Shown: in pieces, positions 43,192 to 53,151 of the stretch | Layout: each line of letters begins with the position of its first letter | Numbering within the stretch: the stretch's first letter is position 1 | From: a virus | Lineage: Duplodnaviria > Caudoviricetes | DNA length: 64,000 bases | IMG/VR virus record: IMGVR_UViG_3300049794_000047 | Reading direction: 5' to 3' (one strand) | Made by a program: the position numbers and the translations under genes | Notes under the pieces: generated by a model | What the model was told of the DNA's origin: nothing | The model's input: the letters and a program-made list of their open reading frames with translations, nothing else | The model's database searches: none

Positions 43192-43642
43192 CCGGCGCGA
43201 TCATCCGACCGTCAGATCCCGGGACCAAGAAAACGCATCGGGACGCCCCACGAACGAACCGGGTGCCCGGGGCGATCCCTGATCTAGGGGCGCCCCACCT
43301 GAACTAGGGGCAGACGCTGGAGTGACTGAACAGGCGCGGGACGCTAGCCCTCCGGTTAGGGGGCATGATCACGCGATCGAGAGGCACGCAGGCGTTCTGA
43401 GGCAACGCCCCGCGAGATGCAAACCTCGCTCGAGAAGATCCGTGAGCTCCATGTTCAGGACTGGGATCGCCCCTGGCCAGGCGCGAATTTTGGCAAGGTG
43501 CTGGTAGGGCGGGCGATCAATGCAGCCCTCGCGGAGTTTCGCGCGCCGAAGAAGGGATAGCCTGCCCGTTCAAGGGCGGCCACGAGAACGAAAGCGCGCC
43601 GTCCCCCCCGGGAGCTGCCTGGCGCCTGGCACCGCCCTTCGA

Positions 43643-44260
43643 TCAGAACAGCATGCTGGAGATCTTGTGCTCGATTTTCGCGAGGCGCCCTGCAAGATCT
43701 TCCACGTGCCTCTCGTAGTTGTATGGCGGCAGCGTGTATCCGCGCTCACGGGAGCGATTGCCGCTCCAACTGTTCAAAAGAGCCTGTCGCCGCTCGGCGT
43801 TGAAGCTGCTGCCGGGAAGGACCCACACGTTCGCATCGCCCATACTCCAGACCTGGCGCAGCCCCCGTCCGTGTGGATCGGGAAACTCCTCCTCGAGCGT
43901 TGGCGAGGGTACGGCGAGTTTCTCCACTTCACGCCATGCCATGCGCGCGCGGGCGTGCTCGTCGCGGGCGACGGCGAGCTCAGCGCGCAGCTTCGATCGC
44001 GTCTTCGCCGCGGAAACGGCACTCTTGAGTCGAGACTGTACCTCCATTGTCTCACCTTTCGCGCACCCCGATCCGATGTTCGCGCGCCGCCCGTTGGACA
44101 GCTCGACGTCCATGTGGATCTCGTGCTCGTGGCAGCAGCGATCGCACGGGCGAAGATCGCCCGATCCGGGCACGGGCACCCAGCGGTCGTCGATCTCGAT
44201 GCGATCCCCGCGTGTCGCGCACGTCGATGATGCGCGAAATAGTCGGAATCGTTGGCAACT
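43643..44260 (-). CDS. Zn-binding hypothetical protein
   Basis: CDRC..HE..GSGCA; start uncertain. Confidence 0.55.
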   Translation of the reverse strand, partial: SCQRFRLFRASSTCATRGDRIEIDDRWVPVPGSGDLRPCDRCCHEHEIHMDVELSNGRRANIGSGCAKGETMEVQSRLKSAVSAAKTRSKLRAELAVARDEHARARMAWREVEKLAVPSPTLEEEFPDPHGRGLRQVWSMGDANVWVLPGSSFNAERRQALLNSWSGNRSRERGYTLPPYNYERHVEDLAGRLAKIEHKISSMLF

Positions 44261-44277
44261 TGGTCACCACGACGGCC

Positions 44278-44580
44278 TCAGTGCGTCTTTTCCCAGTGAT
44301 CGCGTGCACGCTCCCACATATCGAGCTGACGCGAGTCTTTAACCTCGTCCATGTACCAGGGGAGCCCAGGAAATTCGGCCTTCCAGGCGCTGATCTCTTT
44401 CTCGTGTGCGCTCAGACGCGGACGTCTGGCCGCATGCGCGCCGAGCAGCGCGAGACCGATGCCCGCCAGACCAACACCACCGAGCATCCACGGCGCGATC
44501 GAGCGTCCAGAGGGTTCGGAGGCTTCTGTCCCGATGTGCGGGCGAGAGCCGTACTGACCGCGCTCGTTCGTGAACGCCAT
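44278..44580 (-). CDS. small membrane protein
   Basis: TM segment WMLGGVGLAGIGLALLGA. Confidence 0.6.
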   Translation of the reverse strand: MAFTNERGQYGSRPHIGTEASEPSGRSIAPWMLGGVGLAGIGLALLGAHAARRPRLSAHEKEISAWKAEFPGLPWYMDEVKDSRQLDMWERARDHWEKTH

Positions 44581-45862
44581 GGATCGAGTCTACCTCGGGT
44601 GTCCTATGATCAGAAGGGCACCCCTCACGTCGCCCCCCCCACAACGACGGTTACAGCCCCCGATCGGCGACCTCCGTCAGCCGCCGCTGCCCCAGGGTAC
44701 CTACATGGACCTTCAGTTGTCGACGACCAGCGTGATGCCTTGCATGCCGTTCCATGGGTACGGCGGCTTGTCACGCCATATGTTATCGGGGGGCACCTGA
44801 ATTTTTGCCGCTAGTTCATCAAGGTACCCTTGTGCGCCCTCGAGCGAGGGGGCGCCCGTCGTGTGGTGCATCTTGCTGCGCAGCCTGACGGCCCGGACAG
44901 CGGCAACGTCTTGCACGGGTTCGGGTGGTGGAGCTTCCTCAAAGAAGGCCACGTGATACGTCCCGGCCTCCACGTGGTGGAGGATCATGAGGACGTCGAG
45001 TGCTGCCGCTGTGTACGTGCCCTCACCGTTACTGATCAACATGGATTTTCTCCCAGTTCAAAGATCGAGACAGTCATCGTGGCGCCTTGTTACGTATTCC
45101 GTTGAGGAGCGCAGAGCGTGCGTTGCTCCACGCGACAGCGCACTGTGCAAAAGTCTGCCGCCCTCTTGCAGGCGAACAGCAAACTTTTGTTGTCCGTTTC
45201 GCGTTTCGAGCGCATGCCTCTCTACCTGGTCGCTCTGCGCCAGGGTCAGCATATCGACGGTGGCGTGCTCGGTGAAGATCACAACCCCACCGCCCTCTCT
45301 GCCAGCACGAACCGGCGCTGCGTGCCAGGAATCTGCTGACCGTGCACCCACAACGGGTCGCCGGGTGCGAGCTCGAGCGTGAGCATCGGCTGGGGCTCGG
45401 CCACGCCGGGGGTGATCGCGATGATGGGTCGGCCGTCAGGCAGGATGTACTTGGTGCGGGTCATAAGCCAACTCAGCTGTCCGAGGGGCGTGCAGTTGCA
45501 GCCGTGATGGCTCTCCGACACAGTGCCTCAAGTCCTGACCGTGTGTGAGGCAATCGCAACAACCGACGACGGCGCAGGATGTTTCGCGCTCGGCTGTAAG
45601 AGCCAAAGGACACAGTATCCGCATCGCTGGCATCGAGTTCACCGATCTTTGGATCGAAGAACAAGTCAGGGCGCCCGCAGGGCGCCCGCAGGGCGTGAGT
45701 AACCGTCGTGAGATCGACATTGCGGCCAACTCGTAGGCTTGATAGCGTTTCGTTTCTCGATGGGAGGCCCCTTCGTTGTCCAGGCCAAACAGCACCAGAC
45801 CGATGTTTCGGCGTGGCACCGTGAGCAAGTGACCGATCTCATGCGCCGGCCACTACAGGTTA

Positions 45863-45948
45863 GGGGCTGGACTTTATTAACTTGGTCATTTGAACGATTC
45901 CCCGACGAAGATCCACCAGAAATGACCAGGTTATTTCGTTCCAGCCCC
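45863..45948 (+). mobile_element. 86-bp MITE copy (TSD TTA)
   Basis: TIRs and TSD; located at the stop of 45949..46284. Confidence 0.93.
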
Positions 45949-46852
45949 TTACCGCTTGCTCGCGTTCAGAATGGCGACACAGCGCGCACGCGCTTCGGCC
46001 CGTTCCGCGAGTTGCTTTGGGCTCGTGTCATACGTCACGCGCATCGCGGCGATACACCATGCCTTGGTGTTGAGCGAGGAGAGCGGGGGGCTACCAAGCG
46101 CGAGGATTTGCTCGTCGGTGATCGTCTCGGCAGTGACAGTACCCTTGAACCGTGCGGGATGAGAGGCCGGGTCGTTAAGGCGCGGACAAGGCTGGTAGAT
46201 CGGCACGCGGCGCTTGCCATGCAACTCATCCACGATTCGATGGCCCTTGACGGTCAGCCGTGCATGACAGACACCGCAGCGCATCTACTTGCGCTCCTGG
46301 GCGGGCCAGTCCGTGCGCGCTGCCAACGGCTTTGTACACGTCGTAGAATTCTGCCGGGATGATGTTGTTGACGATGCGCGCTGACCCGAGGCACACGCCG
46401 TACTCTTCAGTACGTTGGATGTCAACCGAATAGGTGTGATTCATACAGTGCTCCAAGGGAGCAACCAAGCCACCCTGGGTAGTTCAGTACCCGTGTCTCT
46501 GGGCCCCTGGGAAGAAACGACCATGGTCAACTCGCTCCGAACTTTGCTCCCGGCGCGAAGGCCAGGAACGCGTCGATCATCGCGATGTGGCGGGCCACTG
46601 GATCCGGGCTGGCCCATTCGGGCGGCACCGTGTAGCAGTCGTTGTCGGTCAGGCACGAATCCTCAAGGTACGCGTGACCTGCCCAGATGACCGCGTCCCA
46701 GCCAAGATCACGACAGTGCTGCTCGTACCACTCGACGATGACGGCGGCGTTCCCGCTAAACACCTTGGCACGCCCAAGGCCAGGCCCCTCAGCGTCAGGA
46801 TTGCCGACGAGCGGAAACGCTTCGAAGTGCGAGTAGAGACACAGATCGTGAC

Positions 46853-47251
46853 TCATGGAATCGCCACGTTACGGGAGGATCCGTGGAGACCGTGGCGCTG
46901 GAGCAGTCGTCGAAAGTTGGTGCGATCGAGGCCGGAGAGACGTGCCCCCGCGGAAACCGAGCCCCCTGCGCGCTCCATCACGCGAACAAGGTAATGGCGC
47001 TCGAACTCGGCCGCCGCGAGGCGCTTGGCCTCGGTGAGTGGCATCGCCAGCAACGTGTCGACATCGTCGAGCTTCGAGACCAAGGCAGACGTATCTGCGT
47101 CGATGTTGGCGGCCTGATCGGCGGCGGCGATGCTGGCGGCCTGATCGGCGGCGTCGATGCTGGCGACTTGATCGGCGGCGTCGATGCTGGCGACTTGATC
47201 GGCGGCGTCGATGCTGGCGACCTGGTCGGCGGAGATAACGAGCTGCTGCAT
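46853..47251 (-). CDS. orphan Fis-type HTH protein with 9-aa repeats
   Basis: FERHYLVRVMERAGGSVSAGARLSGLDRTNFRRLLQRHGL; QVASIDAAD x5 (27-bp repeat). Confidence 0.8.
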   Translation of the reverse strand: MQQLVISADQVASIDAADQVASIDAADQVASIDAADQAASIAAADQAANIDADTSALVSKLDDVDTLLAMPLTEAKRLAAAEFERHYLVRVMERAGGSVSAGARLSGLDRTNFRRLLQRHGLHGSSRNVAIP

Positions 47252-47427
47252 GCCGATAGACCTTGCGTTTCGCGTGCCGATCCACGCGGGGATGCAAGTC
47301 CGTGATCACAAAACCCCGGGTAGCTTCGCACCCGTGTCTGGCACTCCACACGGAGCTGCCTTTCTGTTCACAGTGCGTTGCATAATCAGCGGCCTGTCGC
47401 AAAAGCGCTCGATTGCAAAGTATGTGG

Positions 47428-47457
47428 TTGACAGGCGTTCGGATGTGAACGTAGGGT
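47428..47457 (+). promoter_or_regulatory. putative sigma70 promoter TTGACA-N18-TAGGGT
   Basis: Perfect -35 upstream of the RHH-VapE-cas12 run. Confidence 0.45.
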
Positions 47458-47466
47458 GCAGCCCTG

Positions 47467-47634
47467 ATGGTTGCCACAAAGGACAAACAAGGCTTGGCCG
47501 TGCTCGTCCAGGTAAAGATCAACCGACGCGCGGCTCACCTCCTCCGCAAGCGCGCGAAACGTGCCCTGCGTACACAGGCGAGCTACCTCCGCGCTCTCAT
47601 CTACCGCGACCTCGGACTCATTGAGGCCGATTAA
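47467..47634 (+). CDS. small ribbon-helix-helix-like regulator (55 aa)
   Basis: VLVQVKI..LLRKRAK..TQASYLRALIYRDL; below the ORF-track length cutoff. Confidence 0.55.
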   Translation: MVATKDKQGLAVLVQVKINRRAAHLLRKRAKRALRTQASYLRALIYRDLGLIEAD

Positions 47635-47720
47635 GGGGCTGGAACGAAATAACCTGGTCATTTCTGGTGGATCTTCGTCGGGGAATCGTTCAAATGACCA
47701 AGTTAATAAAGTCCAGCCCC
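47635..47720 (-). mobile_element. 86-bp MITE copy (TSD TAA)
   Basis: TIRs and TSD; located at the RHH stop codon. Confidence 0.93.
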
Positions 47721-47766
47721 TAAGAGTGTTTCGCCCTCGATGAACTGAACCTGGAGAAGCTCTCCC

Positions 47767-48453
47767 ATGACAGTTACTCAGCAAAAGGAAGCCCACAAGT
47801 CTGTAACCGACTACCTTGCCTTCATCGTGTGGGACGGTAGGCCGCGACTCGATCGCTGGCTCATCGATTACGCGGGCGCAGAGGACTCGACGCACGTCCG
47901 CATGGCGTCGCGTGTGATGCTCGTCGCGGCCGTCCGACGCGCGCGACATCCCGGGTGCCGGTTCGACCAGATGCCGGTGCTTGAGGGTCCACAGGGCTGC
48001 GGCAAGTCGAGCGCTCTCCGTGTTCTTGCCGTCGAGGCCTCTTGGTTCACCGACGAGTTTCCGTTCAATGCATCGGGGATGGCGGATGCAACCGCAGGAA
48101 AATGGATCGTCGAGGTGAACGCGTTAAATCTGTTCGATGCCGAGGCACTCAAGGCGATCTTGTCGCGAGGATACGATGCCCGCCTCAGGCCCTACACCCA
48201 CACGGGCACGCAGTTTATGCAGGTGCCGCGACAGTTCGTGCTCATTGGGACCATGAACCTGTCGCCGGTGTCTGGCTACCTCCGTGAGTCGTCAGAAAAC
48301 AGGCGCTTCTGTCCCGTACGGGTGCAGCGCTTCAATCTCGAGAAACTCCGGGCCGACCGCGATCAACTCTGGGCGGAAGCCGTGCACGTCGAGGTGTCAG
48401 GCGGGTCAGTCCGCGTCGCGAATGCTGTTGCTGGATCCCACGTGGAAGGATAA
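47767..48453 (+). CDS. VapE/VirE-like P-loop ATPase domain (stand-alone or truncated)
   Basis: WDG.PRLD.WL, LEGPQGCGKS, WFTD, GTMN, NRRF.PV and RDQLWAEA. Confidence 0.85.
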   Translation: MTVTQQKEAHKSVTDYLAFIVWDGRPRLDRWLIDYAGAEDSTHVRMASRVMLVAAVRRARHPGCRFDQMPVLEGPQGCGKSSALRVLAVEASWFTDEFPFNASGMADATAGKWIVEVNALNLFDAEALKAILSRGYDARLRPYTHTGTQFMQVPRQFVLIGTMNLSPVSGYLRESSENRRFCPVRVQRFNLEKLRADRDQLWAEAVHVEVSGGSVRVANAVAGSHVEG

Positions 48454-48457
48454 GAGG

Positions 48458-50572
48458 ATGCTCGACAATACGACCGACACGACCGCCGCCGACACGACCT
48501 CCGCCAGTACTACAACCATTCCGCCAAAAGCGCTCAAGAAGCGCGCCCGCAAGACCTCGACCAAGCCTACACGGATCTACAGCTATCGGATCTTGCCTCC
48601 TGAGGATCCAGAGCACCGGAGGCTGGTCGTCGAGCAGTTCTGGCTGGCGCACCAGTACCGTTGCCGGCTGACCGAGATCGAGATCGAGCAGCGCAGCCGC
48701 TTCCGTGCAATCGACCTGGATCACCCGCTCACGCGCGAAGCGACCTCCCACTGGGAGGCGCAGAGCGCGGCGCTCGACGCGACCTATGCGGCGCTGCGCG
48801 CAGCAAAGGCTGGCCGCGCCCCCGAGCATCGCGACGATGAAGCGATCAAGCAGCATCTGAGGTCGCTGAAGGGGGCCTGCACCAAGGCATGGCGTGACGT
48901 CAAGGCAGCGCGCGCACAGCCCGAGGTGAAGGCCCACCATCAGCCGCGCTACGCCGCGGCTCGAGAGACGACCGCTGAGCAACGCCTCGCCGCGCGAGCG
49001 TCGTTCTCTGCCAGAGGTCTGATGCACGGCACGTACATGTGCATCGAGCACGCCGTGGAACGATCCGTCGACTCGACGGGGCGCCCTCCAAAATTCCTTC
49101 GTTATGAGGGCGAGGGTTCGATTGGGCGCCAGTTGCCACGGACGCGAGACAAGAACGATCGGCTCTACAGCATTACGGCAGATGACCTCTACTCCGGGGA
49201 CGACAGTCGCGTGCGGATGACACCCCTGCCCGTGGGCTGGGAGCAATTGGCGCGGACCGCGCGGCGCCGGATCGCCAAGCCGTACCGTGGGCACGCCAAA
49301 CGTCAGCGTCACGGCGACAGTTGGCAGGAGATCCCGGCCCGCCTCAACGGTCAATACCTCGAGATGCAGTTCGGCTGGGGTCCGGCGAAGCGGCCAAGCG
49401 CCTGGATCCGTTTCCCCCTCACGCACCATCGCCGGATGCCCGAGGACGCCGAGATCTTGTGGGTGTACGTCCACCGCTGGCGCGTCGGGATCCACTACGA
49501 GTGGCGGGTGCAGCTCACAATCGAGAGTGAGACGTTTCACCGGCCACAGGTCCCGATCGCGGTCGGTGGCACCTGCGCGATCGACATTGGCTGGCGACGA
49601 ATCTTCGACACGGACGGAAGTCAGATCGGCCTGCGCGTGGCCTACCTGGTCGACGAGCATGGGCAGGAGCGCGAGATCCGCGCGCCGGACGGTCTCTGGC
49701 AGCGGCTTGCGAAGATTTACTCGATCGCGCAGATCCGCTCTCGAGAGCTCGATGCTGCACGCGATCGCCTGGTCGTCTGGATCAGCGATCGGCCGTTGCC
49801 CCCATGGTTCACCGACCGCGCCAAGGGGCTCGCGATGTGGCGAGCGCCGCGCAAAATGCAACGTCTCATTGACACCTGGCAGCGGGAGGAGAATCGTTTC
49901 GAGGACGACGCGGCGGCGCTCACCATGCTCCAGGCCTGGGCGAAGCACGATCGGCACCTCGGGAACTGGGAAGCCCACATGCGCGATCGAACGATCGCCC
50001 ACCGGCGCGAGGTGTGGCGTCAGGTCGCCGCTGAATTGGCACGCACGTACCAGACGATCCTCGTCGAGGACGGGCTGTGCCGATCGGAGGGCCGCGAGCG
50101 CCAGATGAAGATTGTGGACATCGAGGGTTGGGACAAACGTCCCCCAGAGGAGGGCGACCCGCACGAGGGGCGCGAGCAGCGTCGTCAGTCGCGGATGGCC
50201 GCGCCCGGTGAGCTGCGCCTGGCCATCTCTCACGCGACCCACAAGACTGCGTCCACTGTGATCGATGTGGCGCGAAGCAAGAAGTCGACGCGCGAGTGCT
50301 CCTGGTGCGGACACGATCAAGAGCACGCCAACTTTGCGGTCTCGATTGAGATCCAGTGTGAGGGCTGTGGGCGCAGTTGGGATCAGGACGCGAATGCAGC
50401 CCGCAATCTCCTGCACCACCGCGGTCTGACGAGTGGACAGGTACCACCGATCCCTACGAGCGGTCCTGTGCTACTCCTTGACGGGCAGGCGCGCGCACAA
50501 GGCAAACGGGGGAAACGACGCGGCGATGCAGGTAGAGGGCGTCGGCGGGAGGTTAGAGAGACGACCGTTTGA
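48458..50572 (+). CDS. cas12m: type V CRISPR effector, Cas12m (V-M/V-U1)-like, 704 aa
   Basis: QFWLAH, GEGSIGRQL, HRRMPEDAEI, AIDIGWR, WRAP, ILVED, AAPGELR, CSWCGH..CEGCG..DQDANAARN; directly followed by leader and array. Confidence 0.85.
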   Translation: MLDNTTDTTAADTTSASTTTIPPKALKKRARKTSTKPTRIYSYRILPPEDPEHRRLVVEQFWLAHQYRCRLTEIEIEQRSRFRAIDLDHPLTREATSHWEAQSAALDATYAALRAAKAGRAPEHRDDEAIKQHLRSLKGACTKAWRDVKAARAQPEVKAHHQPRYAAARETTAEQRLAARASFSARGLMHGTYMCIEHAVERSVDSTGRPPKFLRYEGEGSIGRQLPRTRDKNDRLYSITADDLYSGDDSRVRMTPLPVGWEQLARTARRRIAKPYRGHAKRQRHGDSWQEIPARLNGQYLEMQFGWGPAKRPSAWIRFPLTHHRRMPEDAEILWVYVHRWRVGIHYEWRVQLTIESETFHRPQVPIAVGGTCAIDIGWRRIFDTDGSQIGLRVAYLVDEHGQEREIRAPDGLWQRLAKIYSIAQIRSRELDAARDRLVVWISDRPLPPWFTDRAKGLAMWRAPRKMQRLIDTWQREENRFEDDAAALTMLQAWAKHDRHLGNWEAHMRDRTIAHRREVWRQVAAELARTYQTILVEDGLCRSEGRERQMKIVDIEGWDKRPPEEGDPHEGREQRRQSRMAAPGELRLAISHATHKTASTVIDVARSKKSTRECSWCGHDQEHANFAVSIEIQCEGCGRSWDQDANAARNLLHHRGLTSGQVPPIPTSGPVLLLDGQARAQGKRGKRRGDAGRGRRREVRETTV

Positions 50573-50632
50573 AGGAGGTGCTCGCGATCAGGGATGTGAG
50601 GTCGCGCGATGATAATTGAATAGTGATTGACT
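50573..50632 (+). promoter_or_regulatory. CRISPR leader A
   Basis: GGTGCTCGCGATCAG..ATGATAATTGAATAG..TGACT; homologous to the leaders ending at 54248 and 55332. Confidence 0.8.
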
Positions 50633-51258
50633 GTGATGGAGCTTGCCCGAGCGGTTGACGTTCGGGACGCGTCGCGCTGCCGATTCACAGCGACGGCGGG
50701 GGATAGAGCTTGCCCGAGCGGTTGACGTTCGGGACCTGCGATAGTCGCCCACACGCAGGCGGCTGCAGGCGGTGATAGAGCTTGCCCGAGCGGTTGACGT
50801 TCGGGACCGCATAGCATGTCTGGCACACGGACCTGCGCGCACCGGGTGATAGAACTTGCCCGAGCGGTTGACGTTCGGGACGGTGAGCCGATCCCACGGA
50901 TCCACGTCGCGCCGCGGAGGTGATAGAGCTTGCCCGAGCGGTTGACGTTCGGGACTCGTGCCAGATCGAGAGACCATCGTGTGATAGAGCTTGCCCGAAC
51001 GGTTGACGTTCGGGACTCCGGCTCGTCTCCGTAGCGGACGTACACTGTGCTTAGAGCTTGCCTGAGCGGTTGACGTTCGGGACGAACGCGGTCAGGCGTG
51101 CCGACGGCGGGTACGAGATGTTTGCCCGAGCGGTTGACGTTCGGGACTCCGGCGAAAGAATCTTCCTGGGAGTCTGCCCGAGCGGTTGACGTTTTGGGAC
51201 CTGACCACGTCCACGAAGCCGCGTGATTGAGCCTGCCCGAGGGGTCGACGTTCGGGAC
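50633..51258 (+). CRISPR. array A, 10 repeats GTGATAGAGCTTGCCCGAGCGGTTGACGTTCGGGAC
   Basis: 36-bp repeats with unique spacers; degeneration increases distally. Confidence 0.95.
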
Positions 51259-51414
51259 TGTCAGTGCGAAACTCATGCTGTCCGCAGGATGCACGTGCTG
51301 GAACTTACCAAGCGGTCGTCAGCCCCTGCGCGCGGTTCTATGCTTCGGGTTGATGGGAGGTGCCCGCACAAGATAAGCACAGGGAACAACACAGCTTTGC
51401 AGGGAAAGGTGGCT

Positions 51415-51804
51415 ATGGATCTGGCCGATCTGGGAGTGATGGAGCCTGCCCAAACGGTTGACGTTCGGGACGACGCGGACCCGCGCGCATCACGACGTCC
51501 GCGAGCTGTCGGCCGACTGACCAGCAAGGAGCAGAGGGCCGTGCGGACGGCGCTGCGGTTCCTGCGGCTGCGCGTCGGCGCCTGGGGGCCGCTGGCGAAG
51601 GCCCTGCGGTACGAGTGGGACAGCATCCAGAAGGTCGCCACCGGCAAGCGGGCCGTTACCCCAGCGCTCGCGCTGCGGGTGGCGCGGTTCGCCGGGATCC
51701 CCATGGACGAGCTGCTCGCGGGGCAGTGGCTCTCGGCACGGGTCTGCCCGCACTGCGGCCACCCGCCCGAGGACTTCGTCGACGAGGAGACGATGGTCGA
51801 GTAG
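51415..51804 (+). CDS. HTH-zinc-ribbon protein read in frame through a CRISPR repeat
   Basis: VMEPAQTVDVRD (repeat) fused to RLTSKEQRAVRTALRFL..CPHCGHPPEDFVDEETMVE; start uncertain. Confidence 0.7.
   Translation: MDLADLGVMEPAQTVDVRDDADPRASRRPRAVGRLTSKEQRAVRTALRFLRLRVGAWGPLAKALRYEWDSIQKVATGKRAVTPALALRVARFAGIPMDELLAGQWLSARVCPHCGHPPEDFVDEETMVE
51436..51471 (+). CRISPR. single repeat preceded by cas12-tail remnant (first repeat of interrupted array B)
   Basis: GTGATGGAGCCTGCCCAAACGGTTGACGTTCGGGAC. Confidence 0.85.
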
Positions 51805-51885
51805 GTCAAGGCAACGAAATTGGAGCAGTGAGGTCGTTTCGTACCTGACGTGATAGAATCGAGCGAATCACGTTCTGGAGATCCC

Positions 51886-53151
51886 ATGATCAATCGCCTC
51901 GGACTCTACCGACCCCTCCGCCTCCCGCTGCCGATGTCGAACGGGTTTAACATCCTGCCGACGCAGACGGCACAGATCACCGTCCATCCACAGACGAACA
52001 AGTTCTACCCGGAGCGCCTCCTGATCAAGGAGGCCGCTCACTGGAAGATCGACGCGATCCGCGTCGGGGATCGAGACAGTGCCCTCGTCCAGAATCTCCC
52101 AGGGTCGATGTTCGCGCCCGACGCACCGGGGCGCTTCCCGGGTTGCGGCGAGATCGAGATCCCGCCCGGCGGAGAACTGATTGTCGGGGTGACATACACC
52201 GGCCTCCGCGAGGCCGGAATCCCTTTCGAGGCGTGCGTGTTCGGATCCGACGATCGGACGACGATGCCGGTCGCATCGACCTCTCGCCGGGGGGAAAAGA
52301 AGATCGCAACGGCGCGGAGCGAACGCTCGATACCGCACAACCGCTCAACGAAGCTGTCCACGGATCCGATGAAGCGCGATGCGTGGCCGAGTCGTCTCGT
52401 GATCAAGGACGCCTCCGACTGGGTCGTCAACGACGTCCGCGTAGGCAAGGTGTCGATCTTCGCGCAGGCCGGGGACGTCCCAGGAAGCATGTTCTCCGAG
52501 GACGCCAAGAACGCGGGGTCCGCGATCTGCCTGGGGCGCCTGGTCGCCGGAGACAAGTTCTCGGTCATCGCGACGTACATGGGAACCGCGTCCGACGCTG
52601 AGTTTGTGTACGAACTCTACGAAACCCATGCCGAATCCGAAGCTGCCGACCTTCCAATCGCAGTGATCCTGCCGATGTCGACGGGAATCCCGATCCTGCC
52701 GAGCACGTCGGCGCAGATCACGGGCCGATGCCAACCACCGGATGGCTACTTTCGTGGGATTGGTCCCCGCCAGGGCTTCATAGCCGAGCGGATCGTCGTC
52801 GAAGGAGGCGCTGACTGGGTCTTCAACGATGTCAGGATTGGGCGCACGTCGCAATTCGCGCAGGTCGGGGACGTCCCAGGTCTCGCGTTCAGTTCCGGGA
52901 CCCTGGGAGGCGCGGTGTCCTTCGACGCTGCGCAGGCCGGGATCGACGTCGCCATCGTGACGACTCACATCGGACCTTGCGAGGTCGGAGCTGCCTTCGT
53001 CTGCGGAATCCTGGGTAGCCTCGTCGACCTGGCTGAGGTCGACACGTCGCCCAGACGCGGCCGGATCCTGTCAGCCCAGCGAGTCGACTTGTTCAGGCGC
53101 GAGCCCCGTGCCGTCATACTCGACGACCACGCCACGGCGCTGGAGCGATGA
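51886..53151 (+). CDS. beta-rich repeat-domain protein (3 units)
   Basis: ILPTQTAQITVHPQ..PERLLI; DWVVNDVRVG..GDVPG; ILPSTSAQIT..DWVFNDVRIG; GGAG RBS. Confidence 0.8.
   Translation: MINRLGLYRPLRLPLPMSNGFNILPTQTAQITVHPQTNKFYPERLLIKEAAHWKIDAIRVGDRDSALVQNLPGSMFAPDAPGRFPGCGEIEIPPGGELIVGVTYTGLREAGIPFEACVFGSDDRTTMPVASTSRRGEKKIATARSERSIPHNRSTKLSTDPMKRDAWPSRLVIKDASDWVVNDVRVGKVSIFAQAGDVPGSMFSEDAKNAGSAICLGRLVAGDKFSVIATYMGTASDAEFVYELYETHAESEAADLPIAVILPMSTGIPILPSTSAQITGRCQPPDGYFRGIGPRQGFIAERIVVEGGADWVFNDVRIGRTSQFAQVGDVPGLAFSSGTLGGAVSFDAAQAGIDVAIVTTHIGPCEVGAAFVCGILGSLVDLAEVDTSPRRGRILSAQRVDLFRREPRAVILDDHATALER

Noticed and set aside
48332-50419. 695-aa antisense ORF opposite cas12m, and similar long shadow ORFs such as 34215..35597
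   Set aside because: Typical high-GC antisense shadows with no motifs
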